Virus record (IMG/VR): IMGVR_UViG_3300037790_000136
Span: 1 to 42,189 of that record
Length of the DNA: 42,189 nucleotides
Reading direction: 5' to 3' (one strand)
DNA from: a virus
Lineage: Duplodnaviria; Caudoviricetes
Shown here: positions 8,869-18,064 of the stretch, piece by piece
How positions within the stretch are numbered: position 1 is the stretch's first letter
How the letters are laid out: each line of letters starts with the position of its first letter
Translations under genes and position numbers: made by a program
The notes under the pieces: model-generated
Seen by the model: only the letters and a program-made list of their open reading frames with translations
Database searches by the model: none
Told to the model about the DNA's origin: nothing

Positions 8869-9289
8869 TGCTTACCCTGCCTGCCCATTTCGCCACGATC
8901 TGCGGCCATTGCGCTGCGGCCGAACCGACGTAGAAGTTGCCGGACTGCTCATAGGTTCGGCCAAGAGCGTCAGAGCCGCTGAAACCCATCTCCATTCGCC
9001 TGGCATATGGTGCAGTCCATGCAAATCGCGCAATATCACCCAATTCCAGTCCTGTGAGCGTCACCGAGTAGCTGTCCGCCCCAACATTGCCGAATGAGCC
9101 GTTCAAGCCACTGGCGAGGCTGTTGCGCAGATTTCCGGTATCGACCGGCATGCGCCCGCCCTTGGCCTTTGGCGCCTGGGCAATCTCGACAACGTCCTGC
9201 ACGCTCTCGACGAACACCTCACGCATCTGCCCCTTGGTCTTGCCGGCGAAAGCGCTGACCGAGGCGGAGAAGGACTTGGCGGCCATCAT
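8849..9289 (-). CDS. HK97 gp10-family tail completion / neck protein
   Basis: MPVDTGNLRNS and APYARRMEMG motifs. Confidence 0.85.
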   Translation of the reverse strand: MMAAKSFSASVSAFAGKTKGQMREVFVESVQDVVEIAQAPKAKGGRMPVDTGNLRNSLASGLNGSFGNVGADSYSVTLTGLELGDIARFAWTAPYARRMEMGFSGSDALGRTYEQSGNFYVGSAAAQWPQIVAKWAGRVSNGNSGS

Positions 9290-10328
9290 CGGATATACCT
9301 GATCCTGATGCTCTCAAAACACCGGCACTGCACCGTCTCGGATGCCGGAGCCCCGAGGCTGGTATCGCCGGGATACATCATCTGAGCCCCAGTCAATGGC
9401 GAGATGAACGGTAGCGACATGCCCTTGACCATCTGTTTGTCGAGAAGCGCATGGGATGGACGTTCGCGGCCATCGCCAGTGTCCGACCAGGTGCGCTCGA
9501 TTTGATCCTCGGTCACCTTGCCGCCATCGAGAAGCTGCTTGAACCCCTCATGCCGCCCGGCCCGGAGCGCGGTGATTGACTGGTCCCTTGCAATGGTCTT
9601 GCCGCGGAGCTGCAGATTGCGATCACGAAGCCGCTCAATGGCCCGTGTGGTCGTCTCAGATGGCAACGCTTTGCCGCTCTCGATTGCTTTCCTGATCGTG
9701 GCGTCAAACCGCTTGTCGCGGGTCGTGAGTCGGAAGTATTCGCGCATCAACGCCGGGTCACCGGAGCGAAGTTTTTCCTCGGCATCAATGATGAATTCGA
9801 CCTGTCGCGCGTTGAGGCCGATCACGCCGCCTTTGCGCCTTCCTGTCGTCTGGGTCCTGGTCCCGATCAGTGACCTAGCGATCTGATCAGGCGTATTGTT
9901 GGCTACCATCCCGGCAAGGATATGCATCCGGGACGCTTCGCGGATATCTTCGACGATGCCGGTCGGGCCTGTGATCAGTCTTCCGACGTGTTGCTCTGCC
10001 CATTCGAGGGCTCGCGGGTGCCGTCCGTCGAAACCAAAGACTGCAGTGCCGCCCGGTAAAAAGGGTCCGGTAGCTTCGGAAGTGAAGCCAGCGCGAGCAC
10101 CCCTCCCCTGTAGTAAGCGTCCGTGATGGCCCGGTCTAACGGCCGGAAGAACGCCGGGTCGATCCGGAGCGCCATCAAAGCAGCCTCGATGTTGCCCGCC
10201 TCGATATGCCCGGCCACAGCTTTCAACTGCGCCTGAGACGTGATGCCTTGAATTGCATCGAGAAAGGCCTTGCGGATTTCCGGCTCGAGTTTGTCGAGAA
10301 GGGCCTGAATATCGCGGGGGAGCGCCAT
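9286..10328 (-). CDS. Minor head / head morphogenesis protein (MuF-like), encoded in two frames joined by a -1 shift at about 10062
   Basis: N-part 9975..10328 and C-part 9286..9927. The -1 frame bridges them (PGGTAVFGFDGRHPRALEWAEQHVGRLIT); C-part has MuF motifs WSDTGDGRERPSH and MYPGD...QCRC. Confidence 0.8.
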
Positions 10329-10463
10329 CTAGGTCCGCACCTCGACGCTCTTGCCGTCCTTGATGCTGATCTTGTTGCGCGGCGATTCAGTAGCTTCGGG
10401 GCGATCCTCATCCTTCGCGAGAACGGTAGGCGCCGGGTTTGGAGATGCTTTGCGCTTCGCCAT
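10329..10463 (-). CDS. Small charged hypothetical protein (44 aa)
   Basis: Manual translation MAKRKASPNPAPTVLAKDEDRPEATESPRNKISIKDGKSVEVRT; GAGGA RBS; stop abuts MuF ATG. Confidence 0.5.
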   Translation of the reverse strand: MAKRKASPNPAPTVLAKDEDRPEATESPRNKISIKDGKSVEVRT

Positions 10464-10473
10464 GGTTAGATCC

Positions 10474-10833
10474 TCATACCGTGAAGACAATTTCGTGCAT
10501 GATCACCGCGCCGTTCGGATCGGGCTGCAATGGTCGCACGCTCTTGATCGCATATTCCCTGCCGTCCAGCACCCACTTGTCAGCCGTGGTCGGTGTGATC
10601 ATGAGCCCGGAAGCCGCAACATAGACGCGGCGGTCATTCACCTCGATCAGTGTTCCGGTCATCTTGGTCAGCTCGACCATGTCCTGGAACACGGTGCAAG
10701 GATAGTCGGTGGGCGTCAATGTCGGATCGTAGCTGGGCCCGCTCTTGGTGTATCGCCGAATGATGCCAGCGCCGCCGACCTCGCCAAGGGCGCCAGCGAC
10801 TTCCGCTGCGACCGCTGCCCAATCCTCGCTCAT
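10474..10833 (-). CDS. Head-closure / head-tail joining protein
   Basis: GTLIEVNDRRVYV...PTTADK...IKSVRPLQP pattern; ATG 10833 overlaps upstream stop. Confidence 0.75.
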   Translation of the reverse strand: MSEDWAAVAAEVAGALGEVGGAGIIRRYTKSGPSYDPTLTPTDYPCTVFQDMVELTKMTGTLIEVNDRRVYVAASGLMITPTTADKWVLDGREYAIKSVRPLQPDPNGAVIMHEIVFTV

Positions 10834-11027
10834 GCCATCATCCAAATGATTGGCGCGGCCATCACCAAAAAGATCGCCGCAAGCACCAAATAATCCGACC
10901 AATCGCCGCCGTCGACGGTTCGGGGCGCGGCAATTGACTGAAGGTAGGCACGACGTTCCATCATGGCCTTCCTGCGCTTATCAAGATCTTTTGGCCAAAC
11001 AGGCGGTTGAATAGGCGGTGCGGCCAT
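10830..11027 (-). CDS. Small protein with C-terminal transmembrane helix
   Basis: Coupled on both sides (TGATG / ATGA); C-terminal YLVLAAIFLVMAAPIIWMMA. Confidence 0.6.
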   Translation of the reverse strand: MAAPPIQPPVWPKDLDKRRKAMMERRAYLQSIAAPRTVDGGDWSDYLVLAAIFLVMAAPIIWMMA

Positions 11028-11476
11028 CAGGCGCACTGCCCGCCGATGCTCTTGAAAAAGAACCCGTCCGCGTCCCGATCAATCACATATGGCTCAAACA
11101 GCGCATCGATCAGGCTGGACGTCGGCATGTAGGCATAGGTTCCGCCGGCATTGCCGGTGACGGCCCATTTGATTGACCCGACGCCGGTCAGCACCTTGCT
11201 TTCCGCCTCGGTATAGGTCTTGGAGAAGAACCCCGGCGTGGCCAGTTCGAGATTGGCGGCGATATAGGCCGCTTCCTCGGTCAACGGCAGTGTTGAGCCG
11301 GATGGGGTGAAGGTCACGGCATCATAGCTCGGCAACAGGTTCGCAGTATAGCGCAGGCGGATGTAATCCGAGGCACGGGTCAGCGCAGCCGTGGCGAGCG
11401 CGTCCGTCGCGTCGGCCGGAGCACTGTTGCCCCGTGCCGTTGCATAGGCTCGCCAGTCGGCAATCGACCCGTACAT
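11027..11476 (-). CDS. Head-tail adaptor (DnaT-like family)
   Basis: YATARG...ALTRASDYI motif; position after capsid. Confidence 0.78.
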   Translation of the reverse strand: MYGSIADWRAYATARGNSAPADATDALATAALTRASDYIRLRYTANLLPSYDAVTFTPSGSTLPLTEEAAYIAANLELATPGFFSKTYTEAESKVLTGVGSIKWAVTGNAGGTYAYMPTSSLIDALFEPYVIDRDADGFFFKSIGGQCA

Positions 11477-11479
11477 CGA

Positions 11480-11827
11480 TCAGGCCTCAGCCTTCTGCAG
11501 CTCGACGAACGCGGCCTTGTCCTCTTCGGACATGGCGTCGAAGCCTTCGAGATCGCCCTTACGCATGGCCTTGGTCACGGCAACCCCGTCCTTGTTGACC
11601 ACAAACCAGCCCGGCGACTTCTCGACCACTGCATAACCAACGACAGGCTCATTGACCGGATCCTTGGCCGGATTGGTCACGGCAGCCTTGCCCTTGCCGC
11701 CGACGACGCGGCACTTGTTGACCAGCCATGCCGGCACCTCATCACCCTTGACGTCGATGACGGACCCAACCTCGGCCTCCTTGCCGTTCTGATCGAAGAT
11801 GCCCTTCTCTGTGATTTCAAGCTTCAT
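11480..11827 (-). CDS. Hypothetical head-module protein
   Basis: ORF MKLEITEKG... between capsid and adaptor; phage-like codon use. Confidence 0.65.
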   Translation of the reverse strand: MKLEITEKGIFDQNGKEAEVGSVIDVKGDEVPAWLVNKCRVVGGKGKAAVTNPAKDPVNEPVVGYAVVEKSPGWFVVNKDGVAVTKAMRKGDLEGFDAMSEEDKAAFVELQKAEA

Positions 11828-11863
11828 GATCCTGATCCTTTCAGGGTTTGCGAATGGTCTCAC

Positions 11864-11888
11864 AAAGCGGGCCGATCGCGCGGCCCGC
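11864..11888 (-). terminator. Hairpin / weak intrinsic terminator after major capsid gene
   Basis: GCGGGCCG / CGGCCCGC 8-bp stem followed by UUUG on - strand. Confidence 0.5.
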
Positions 11889-11896
11889 CATAGAGA

Positions 11897-12898
11897 TCAT
11901 CCGGCGATGGTGGAAACCGCCACGCCGCACTGGTTTTCGGCGTCGTATTTGATCTCGACGGCCGAAGCCGCCATCGTGAGGAAGTTGTAATCGTCTTCCG
12001 GATTGGCGCGGAACTGCGCACGGGTCGCCATCGGCATCCCGTTGAGCACCTGGACCACGTCGCGGCGCTTGACCACGGCGATGATCTGGCTTGCGGCCAC
12101 ACCGGACGCCGGCACCACGTTCTCGATACCGCCGATCTCGCGAACGCGCTGCGCAATGGTTTTGTTGGGATACTGCGACGAGTAGTCGGTGTTGCTGGCG
12201 TAGAACCAGTCATCCCAGTTGACATACAGCGTGGCGGGAACCCGGAAGTTCTTGGCATGCAGGAGCTTCAGCGTTGCCGTGACATCAGCGACCCACTGCG
12301 GACCGGTTGCACTGATCAGAGCCTGGCCGGTATTGCGGGTCGCGCGCTTCGGATGATTGCGCAGCCCGTAGAGTGTGGACGTGCCAACCACGATCTTGGC
12401 GTCACCATCGAGCGAGATGCTTTCAAGCTTTTCAGCCGTCTTGCGCATCGCGTTCATGCGACCAGCCGCGTCGAGCTGGAAGCCCTCGGTCTGAGCCGCT
12501 GCGACCTGACGCCAGCCGTAGGAGAACGGGCTGTCGATGATCGGGAGCGGAGTGCCGTGGTAATCGATGACCGGCTGATCGGTGCGGCCCTTGGACCGGC
12601 CGTCCAGCGAGATGTTCACTTCGCCGCTGTCGGAGACAGTCTGGAAGTGGTGAACGATCTTGCCGATCGGCATCGGGGTCGCAACGCTCGCCGCAAGGTC
12701 ATTGAAGACTGCGAGAACCGAGCGCTGGATTTCAACAGCCTCCCGATCCCACAATCCCCAGACATCACGGGGAAGCGTGGCAGCGTTGCCAAGCATGACG
12801 CCACCACCCATTTCGGCGGCCATGGCAGCCTGCCGCGCGTTGAACGCGCGACGGCTGTTGAGCAGGAGTTCCTGCTGTGCAGGGGTAAAGGTCAGCAT
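11897..12898 (-). CDS. Major capsid protein (HK97 fold, linocin/encapsulin-like branch)
   Basis: 333 aa; GNAATLPRDVW, TPLPIIDSPFSYGWR and LYGLRNHP motifs; follows protease/scaffold and decoration genes; strong codon bias. Confidence 0.9.
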   Translation of the reverse strand: MLTFTPAQQELLLNSRRAFNARQAAMAAEMGGGVMLGNAATLPRDVWGLWDREAVEIQRSVLAVFNDLAASVATPMPIGKIVHHFQTVSDSGEVNISLDGRSKGRTDQPVIDYHGTPLPIIDSPFSYGWRQVAAAQTEGFQLDAAGRMNAMRKTAEKLESISLDGDAKIVVGTSTLYGLRNHPKRATRNTGQALISATGPQWVADVTATLKLLHAKNFRVPATLYVNWDDWFYASNTDYSSQYPNKTIAQRVREIGGIENVVPASGVAASQIIAVVKRRDVVQVLNGMPMATRAQFRANPEDDYNFLTMAASAVEIKYDAENQCGVAVSTIAG

Positions 12899-12910
12899 AT
12901 CAGGATCTCC

Positions 12911-13357
12911 TTATGCGCCGGCCGGAGTGGTGGACTGGTTCGCCCAACGCACGTCAGCGAGATCGCCCGCGCTGTATGCGCCAGGCGTGTCATCGAAATA
13001 GGCGTAGATGACCTCAGCATCGCCAACGGCGGTGAGATAGCCAGATGCACCGATGGTGAGGGCTGCGCCCTTGGCATACGTCGCCGCTGCCAAGCGGATC
13101 TGGTAGACCTCGTTGGGACGAGGCCGGTAGGCAACGCCGGTATTGCCGGAGACGTAGGCCGTGGCCACGTCCTGACCGGCAAAGCGGGTGTTGCTGAGGA
13201 CAAGCAGCTCTTCCTGCATGTCCGAAGCCGTTGCGACGGTGAGCGCCGTGGCGCTTTCCGTGACCAGGATGCCGGGCAGATATGCGCCGGCAACCGGGAG
13301 GTTGATCGTTTCCGGTTCGTCCTTGATCGGACCCCGGTAAATGACGTTGCCGGCCAT
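12911..13357 (-). CDS. Capsid decoration / cement protein
   Basis: 148 aa, Ala/Gly/Thr-rich, between scaffold and MCP. Confidence 0.7.
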   Translation of the reverse strand: MAGNVIYRGPIKDEPETINLPVAGAYLPGILVTESATALTVATASDMQEELLVLSNTRFAGQDVATAYVSGNTGVAYRPRPNEVYQIRLAAATYAKGAALTIGASGYLTAVGDAEVIYAYFDDTPGAYSAGDLADVRWANQSTTPAGA

Positions 13358-14496
13358 TAGGCTGCTCCCTTCTCAGGGTTGATGTTGGCGTTGAGGTCGT
13401 AGCCGGCCCACTCGTCATTGTCGGCGCCCGGCTTGAACGCCCCGTTGACCGCAGCCGCCTTGCCGGGCTTGGCCTTCTCCGCCAAGGCGCGGGCGGCGTT
13501 GAGCGTCAGCTCCTTGGCAGCCTCCTCGTCGAGGATATTCGCCTTGACGATCTTGGCCACCAGCTCGGCCTTTTCGGCGTCGTCCTTTGCCTTCTGGTTG
13601 GCGACCATTTCAGCCTGCGCATCAACCAGCGGCTTGACGGCAGCGGTCACGGCGTTGGCGATGGTTTCGCCGATCTTGTCGAAGCCTTCCGAGAGGGTGT
13701 TCACCTTCGCGGAAAGCTCTTCCAGCTTCTTTTCATCAGCCATTTCGAGTTCCTTTTCGTTGGCTTGAGGTTCCCGCTCGGATCGCATGGCGTCCAAAAT
13801 CGCGGTCTTGATGCGCTCGTAGAAGGATGCCTTCTGGATCTTCTCGGCTGCGCGAACGGCCATATCGACCGCCCAGTCAAGGTCACGATCCGCCTCGGAA
13901 AGAGCGGAATTGATGACCTCGATTTCTTCTGTCTCACCGGAGGCATTGACCAGCATGCCGACGCCCTGTTCGGGCGTGGCCGCGCCGTCCTCGTTCAGGA
14001 GAATGGCGTCGTGATCGAACATGATGTTCATGGCGGTGTGCTTGTGATCGTCGCCATTGGCAGCACCAAGCTCACACAAGAGCCCGGTCGATGTGTGGAC
14101 CGGATCGCCCTTGTCGATGGCCTCGAGCACGGCCTTGCCGTTTTCGGACTGGTTGGCCACAGCGACATCAATGACCTTGTCGAGAAGCACGCGACCGCCT
14201 TCTTGCCGGACATTCTCATTCCATGCCCCGACATAGGAGACGTTGATGCCCTCCGGATCACGGGCAGAGACAAACTTGCCGTTAACCTTCGGATGGCCGA
14301 ACGGCGCCGGGGTGCGGTTGAGCGTCATGTAAGACTTGGCGATCTCGTCGGCAGGGTACTTGATCCCGTTCATGACGATGTCGTCGGGCAGCGTGGCCGA
14401 GGGCACGATCACCACGTCCCGGCCGTTGCGCTTTTCCTTGCGGACGGCGGCGACATTCGCCAGCGACCGCACATTGACGCGGATTTTCTTGGTCAT
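13357..14496 (-). CDS. Prohead protease / scaffold (DUF2213-like)
   Basis: APFGHP, HTSTG and DHDAILLNEDGAATPEQGVG motifs, then helical scaffold-like C-terminus. Confidence 0.82.
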   Translation of the reverse strand: MTKKIRVNVRSLANVAAVRKEKRNGRDVVIVPSATLPDDIVMNGIKYPADEIAKSYMTLNRTPAPFGHPKVNGKFVSARDPEGINVSYVGAWNENVRQEGGRVLLDKVIDVAVANQSENGKAVLEAIDKGDPVHTSTGLLCELGAANGDDHKHTAMNIMFDHDAILLNEDGAATPEQGVGMLVNASGETEEIEVINSALSEADRDLDWAVDMAVRAAEKIQKASFYERIKTAILDAMRSEREPQANEKELEMADEKKLEELSAKVNTLSEGFDKIGETIANAVTAAVKPLVDAQAEMVANQKAKDDAEKAELVAKIVKANILDEEAAKELTLNAARALAEKAKPGKAAAVNGAFKPGADNDEWAGYDLNANINPEKGAA

Positions 14497-14505
14497 GATG
14501 ACTTC

Positions 14506-15867
14506 CTAATTTTCGGGAGGTCGTGGCGCGTTGGCAGCGGCGGCCTTTTCATCGTCGCCGGTGTCATCGATGAGCCGATCTGCTCCAGAGAGAGGATCAA
14601 ACCCGACGGTTTCTCGGATCTCATCCTCGGTGAAGACAACTTCCATACTGCCGGCCTGGGCCTGTTTCTGGTTGATACCGGCCATCTTGTCGGCTCGGTC
14701 GATCTTCTCGGCCATACTGGCCTCGGTCAGGTCAGGCCAGTAGAGCGACCACTCCAGATCCTTCAGGATCCCGAAGCCTTTCAACCGATCGACCACAGCC
14801 ATAATGTTGGGAATGACCGAGTTGTTTCGGCGCGCCATGTTGGTCTGCGACCATTCATCGGCGTCTTCCTTGCTGGCCCGCTCACCGGTCTGCATACCAA
14901 CGAGGATCTTGATCGGGATGCCCCATGATGCGGCGAAGCTCTGAAGCGGCCCCTCGACGAATTCTTTGGGCTGGGGAAGCGTGACGCCCAGCGTCTTGGC
15001 CTCCATGCCCTGCAGCATGAGCAGAGCGTCAAAGCCTTTCTGGTAATCCTCGACCTGGTCATTCATCGCGTCGGCGATTTTGTCGGGCGCAACACCCATC
15101 GCCTTGGCCATGTCGGCGACTTTGGCATCCTTGTCGAGCTGCAGGACAGGCGCGCTTTTGGCGTTCTTCCAGAACCCCTCGCCGCCGGCGCCCATGACTT
15201 TCTCGATGGTAACAAGGTCGTTGTAACCGGCCAGCAAAGCGGATTCGCCATAAACGGTTCCGTCCTCGGACCAGACCACAACGCGATCGGGATGCACTTC
15301 GAACGAACGGGTCTGACCCTGCTTGGCATCAACCGCCGTCTCGTTGAACTGGAACATCTTCGGCTTGCCGTAGTCTTCCGACATCTCGTCGGTGTCCCAC
15401 TCGGCAACCTTCAGCTGGCCAGCCCATGCCGGGATGATCTCGACCAGGGCGTCAAGGCCGGGCAGATTGCCCACGACCGGTTCCCTCATCCGCTTATTGT
15501 CGGCAAAGCGAAAGATCACGCCGGAGTAAGCTCCAACCAGAGAGCGGCGATCCGCGGTGGCGAGTTTCTGCCAGAACCGGAGATCCGCGAATTTGTCTTG
15601 CACCTCCTGCTCGACCGGGTTCAGTTCGTCGGGCTTGTCGTCGGTCTGCAAGATCGGATGATCCTGCCATGTCTTGAGGATCGTCTTGCTGACTGCGGCC
15701 CGGGCAATGCCGTTGCGGGTGTACATCTGCCAGAGCTGCTCGAACGTGACGCTCTCAGGATACCCGAAATCAATGTAGTGATTGCGCTTGGTCGTGGTGG
15801 CGAAGTAACCCGGAAACATCGTGTCGAGCCGACGCAATGCGTTCGCGATGATCGAATGAACGGTCAT
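14506..15867 (-). CDS. Portal protein (DUF1073 family)
   Basis: Directly after TerL (ATGA overlap at 15864-15867); YGKPKMF, VHPDRV and IPIKILVGMQTGERAS motifs. Confidence 0.9.
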   Translation of the reverse strand: MTVHSIIANALRRLDTMFPGYFATTTKRNHYIDFGYPESVTFEQLWQMYTRNGIARAAVSKTILKTWQDHPILQTDDKPDELNPVEQEVQDKFADLRFWQKLATADRRSLVGAYSGVIFRFADNKRMREPVVGNLPGLDALVEIIPAWAGQLKVAEWDTDEMSEDYGKPKMFQFNETAVDAKQGQTRSFEVHPDRVVVWSEDGTVYGESALLAGYNDLVTIEKVMGAGGEGFWKNAKSAPVLQLDKDAKVADMAKAMGVAPDKIADAMNDQVEDYQKGFDALLMLQGMEAKTLGVTLPQPKEFVEGPLQSFAASWGIPIKILVGMQTGERASKEDADEWSQTNMARRNNSVIPNIMAVVDRLKGFGILKDLEWSLYWPDLTEASMAEKIDRADKMAGINQKQAQAGSMEVVFTEDEIRETVGFDPLSGADRLIDDTGDDEKAAAANAPRPPEN

Positions 15868-17312
15868 TGGTGGCGGTTCCTCAGGAACATGGCGACGGCA
15901 GTGCTGACCACATTGACGTTGTCGGCCGCGATCACGGCGTCGGCCAGGTTGTGCGACTTGACGCCAAGATCCTTCTTGAGTTTGACCTTGGGCACGACGC
16001 GCTTCTTGCCCTCGGTCTCGACCCACCAGGGCACGCACATCTCGGTGAAAAGGGCATCCAGCTTTTCGGCGCCGATATCAGCCGAGAACGAAAGAACGTC
16101 TTCTGGCTTGATGGATTGCCCACGAACAACGGCGTTGAACGTCAGCATTGCCTTGCGCGCCGTGTTCGCCCACCCTTGTGCTTTGAGGTTCAGATACTCG
16201 TTTCGGTTCAGAGGGCTGTTGGAATTATCCGGATCGCTCGGCTTGTCCGGATCCATGACAGCGCCGCCGGCATGGAAAGCATAGTGCTCGACAGATGCGC
16301 CGTTCGCCTCGTTTTGCTCATCGATATAACCACCGACAAAAGCGCCGATGCCGATCGTGTCATAGGAGACCAGCGCGCCGCGATGCCGCGCCTTGGCCCA
16401 AACCTTCTTTGCGTTCTGAACCAGCTCATCCTTGCCGGATGACCAGTCCTCGACATCAGCAAACACGCCGTCGATCTTGTCGGCCGTGGCGCTCTTGTCC
16501 TCGCCATCGTCGGCCGGGTCGAAGCCTATGACGTTCCGGCCCGTGATCGAGACGTCCAAGATCCTGTCAGCGTCCACGCAGGCGTCCAGCCAACGGCGCT
16601 TGAAGATCGAGAGCTCGCCGTCACCGAGCGGAACGCCCTCATAGATGTGCTGGAAAGTCTCAGGATCGCGGTCCCGCATCAAAGCGATGTCGCGCAATGC
16701 CTTTTGAGACAGAAACGGATTTTCGGTGTAGTCGATCTTCCTGACCAGGCAGTGGTCCGGTGTGTTGATGACGAAGTTCTTCCAGACGTAATCGGTGACG
16801 AGCTTCGGGTTGAAAAGCAGGATCGCCAGGCTGTCCTCTTTGCGGATGGTCGGCGCGATGACAATCCACTGGTCTTCTGTGAGTTTTTCGGCTTCCTCGA
16901 CCCATAGAATGTCGATGTCCGAGGTGCCCTTGATGTCCTCAAGGTTTCGCTCGATGCCGTAGAAGATGAATTCCGAGCCGGTTGCCCGGTGAATGATCGT
17001 GGTCTTCTGAACCTCGTACCGATCGGAAAGACCCAGATGAGCGATTGCCCATTTCAGTTCGGTGTAGACCGATTCCTGAATTCGGTTCTGAAAGCGCCGG
17101 ATGCAAAGAACCCGCATGCGGACCGGAACATGGTCAATCAGCCGGATCAGCTGGCAAGCGGTGTCACGCGTCTTTGAGCTTGAGCGGCCACCATGCAGGA
17201 CGGCAGTGTCGACCTCGCCGAGAAACACCTGTTCCCAGAAATCGAACAATGCCGGGTTTGTGAGATGCGTCGATGCGTCTAGCTCTTTTCGCTGCGCAGC
17301 GCTTCTCGCCAT
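15864..17312 (-). CDS. terL: Terminase large subunit (PBSX-type)
   Basis: Walker A GGRSSSKT, Walker B ILWVEEAE, FNP motif, nuclease GFDPADDGED and SHNLADA. Confidence 0.95.
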   Translation of the reverse strand: MARSAAQRKELDASTHLTNPALFDFWEQVFLGEVDTAVLHGGRSSSKTRDTACQLIRLIDHVPVRMRVLCIRRFQNRIQESVYTELKWAIAHLGLSDRYEVQKTTIIHRATGSEFIFYGIERNLEDIKGTSDIDILWVEEAEKLTEDQWIVIAPTIRKEDSLAILLFNPKLVTDYVWKNFVINTPDHCLVRKIDYTENPFLSQKALRDIALMRDRDPETFQHIYEGVPLGDGELSIFKRRWLDACVDADRILDVSITGRNVIGFDPADDGEDKSATADKIDGVFADVEDWSSGKDELVQNAKKVWAKARHRGALVSYDTIGIGAFVGGYIDEQNEANGASVEHYAFHAGGAVMDPDKPSDPDNSNSPLNRNEYLNLKAQGWANTARKAMLTFNAVVRGQSIKPEDVLSFSADIGAEKLDALFTEMCVPWWVETEGKKRVVPKVKLKKDLGVKSHNLADAVIAADNVNVVSTAVAMFLRNRHQ

Positions 17313-17815
17313 GTCCTCGTTTCCGTCTGGATCGGGCCGCCGTCAGGGCCGCCATGGCCAACCTGATCGCGGAAAGCCTGCACGCCGACATGCTTGCCGA
17401 TCAGCTCGATGCGCTTGATACGGTCGGACAGCTTCAGCTTCTTGACCTGCCCGATTGTGCGGCCATCCTCGCGGATTTCCTCGACATCAATTCCGCCGAC
17501 AAGGCCCTGCCGCCAGATCAGCGGCCATTCCGAAATGGGCTTGAGCGAGCCGTCTTCGTCATACAGATCGGCAATATCGGCATCGGCTTCGGCAGCTAGT
17601 CTGCGCAAGACCCAATCGGCATCGACCTCGACGCGTTCGGCACGCTTGGTCTGTGCCTCGGCAAGGGCGGCCTGAATTTCAACATTCTTCAACAAGCGCT
17701 GGCCTTGGGAATAGGCGGTCTTTTCGCTGTACCCTGCCCTGATTGCGGCCTGCGTGGCGTTGAGATCGACCAGATACTCCTTGACGAAGAGAGCTTGTTT
17801 CGGTGTTAGCGCCAT
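17279..17815 (-). CDS. terS: Terminase small subunit
   Basis: LTPKQALFVKEYLVDLNATQAAIRAGYS motif; GAGGTG RBS before ATG 17815. Confidence 0.95.
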   Translation of the reverse strand: MALTPKQALFVKEYLVDLNATQAAIRAGYSEKTAYSQGQRLLKNVEIQAALAEAQTKRAERVEVDADWVLRRLAAEADADIADLYDEDGSLKPISEWPLIWRQGLVGGIDVEEIREDGRTIGQVKKLKLSDRIKRIELIGKHVGVQAFRDQVGHGGPDGGPIQTETRTWREALRSEKS

Positions 17816-18064
17816 GACTGACACCTCGCGAGATTGATCCGGCTTCCCATGATTGGCCCGGCAGCATGAACCACCAACGCAAACGGGCTGAGATCCATAA
17901 TCGATGGGCAATCCCTCGCGCCGGTTGGCGAAGGTCAGGAGCTTGCGCTGGTTTGGAAATGCAGTAGCACCGGCGCTCAGAGAGCCCGGTGCGTGCAGGT
18001 GGTGAGTTCCTGCCATACTGGCGGGGGAAAAGCCCTCGTCGCCAAATCACCTATGACGCGAAAG
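17816..18064 (-). promoter_or_regulatory. Structured leader of the late (packaging/morphogenesis) operon
   Basis: About 250 nt between nusG-like gene and terS with several hairpins (17827-17920, 17967-17992, 17995-18013, 18019-18044). Confidence 0.45.

Noticed and set aside
11897-12898. Encapsulin/bacteriocin (linocin) interpretation of the capsid gene
   Set aside because: It sits in a complete terminase-portal-protease-neck context, so it is the phage major capsid protein
14506-16038. Track's 510-aa portal ORF and a possible anti-CBASS Acb1 label for this family
   Set aside because: The N-terminal extension overlaps terL out of frame, so the real start is 15867; position and motifs indicate a DUF1073 portal, and no HxT/HxS phosphodiesterase pair was recognised
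17816-18016. 67-aa N-terminal extension of TerS in the track
   Set aside because: The TerS motif and RBS begin at 17815; the upstream sequence is better explained as structured leader
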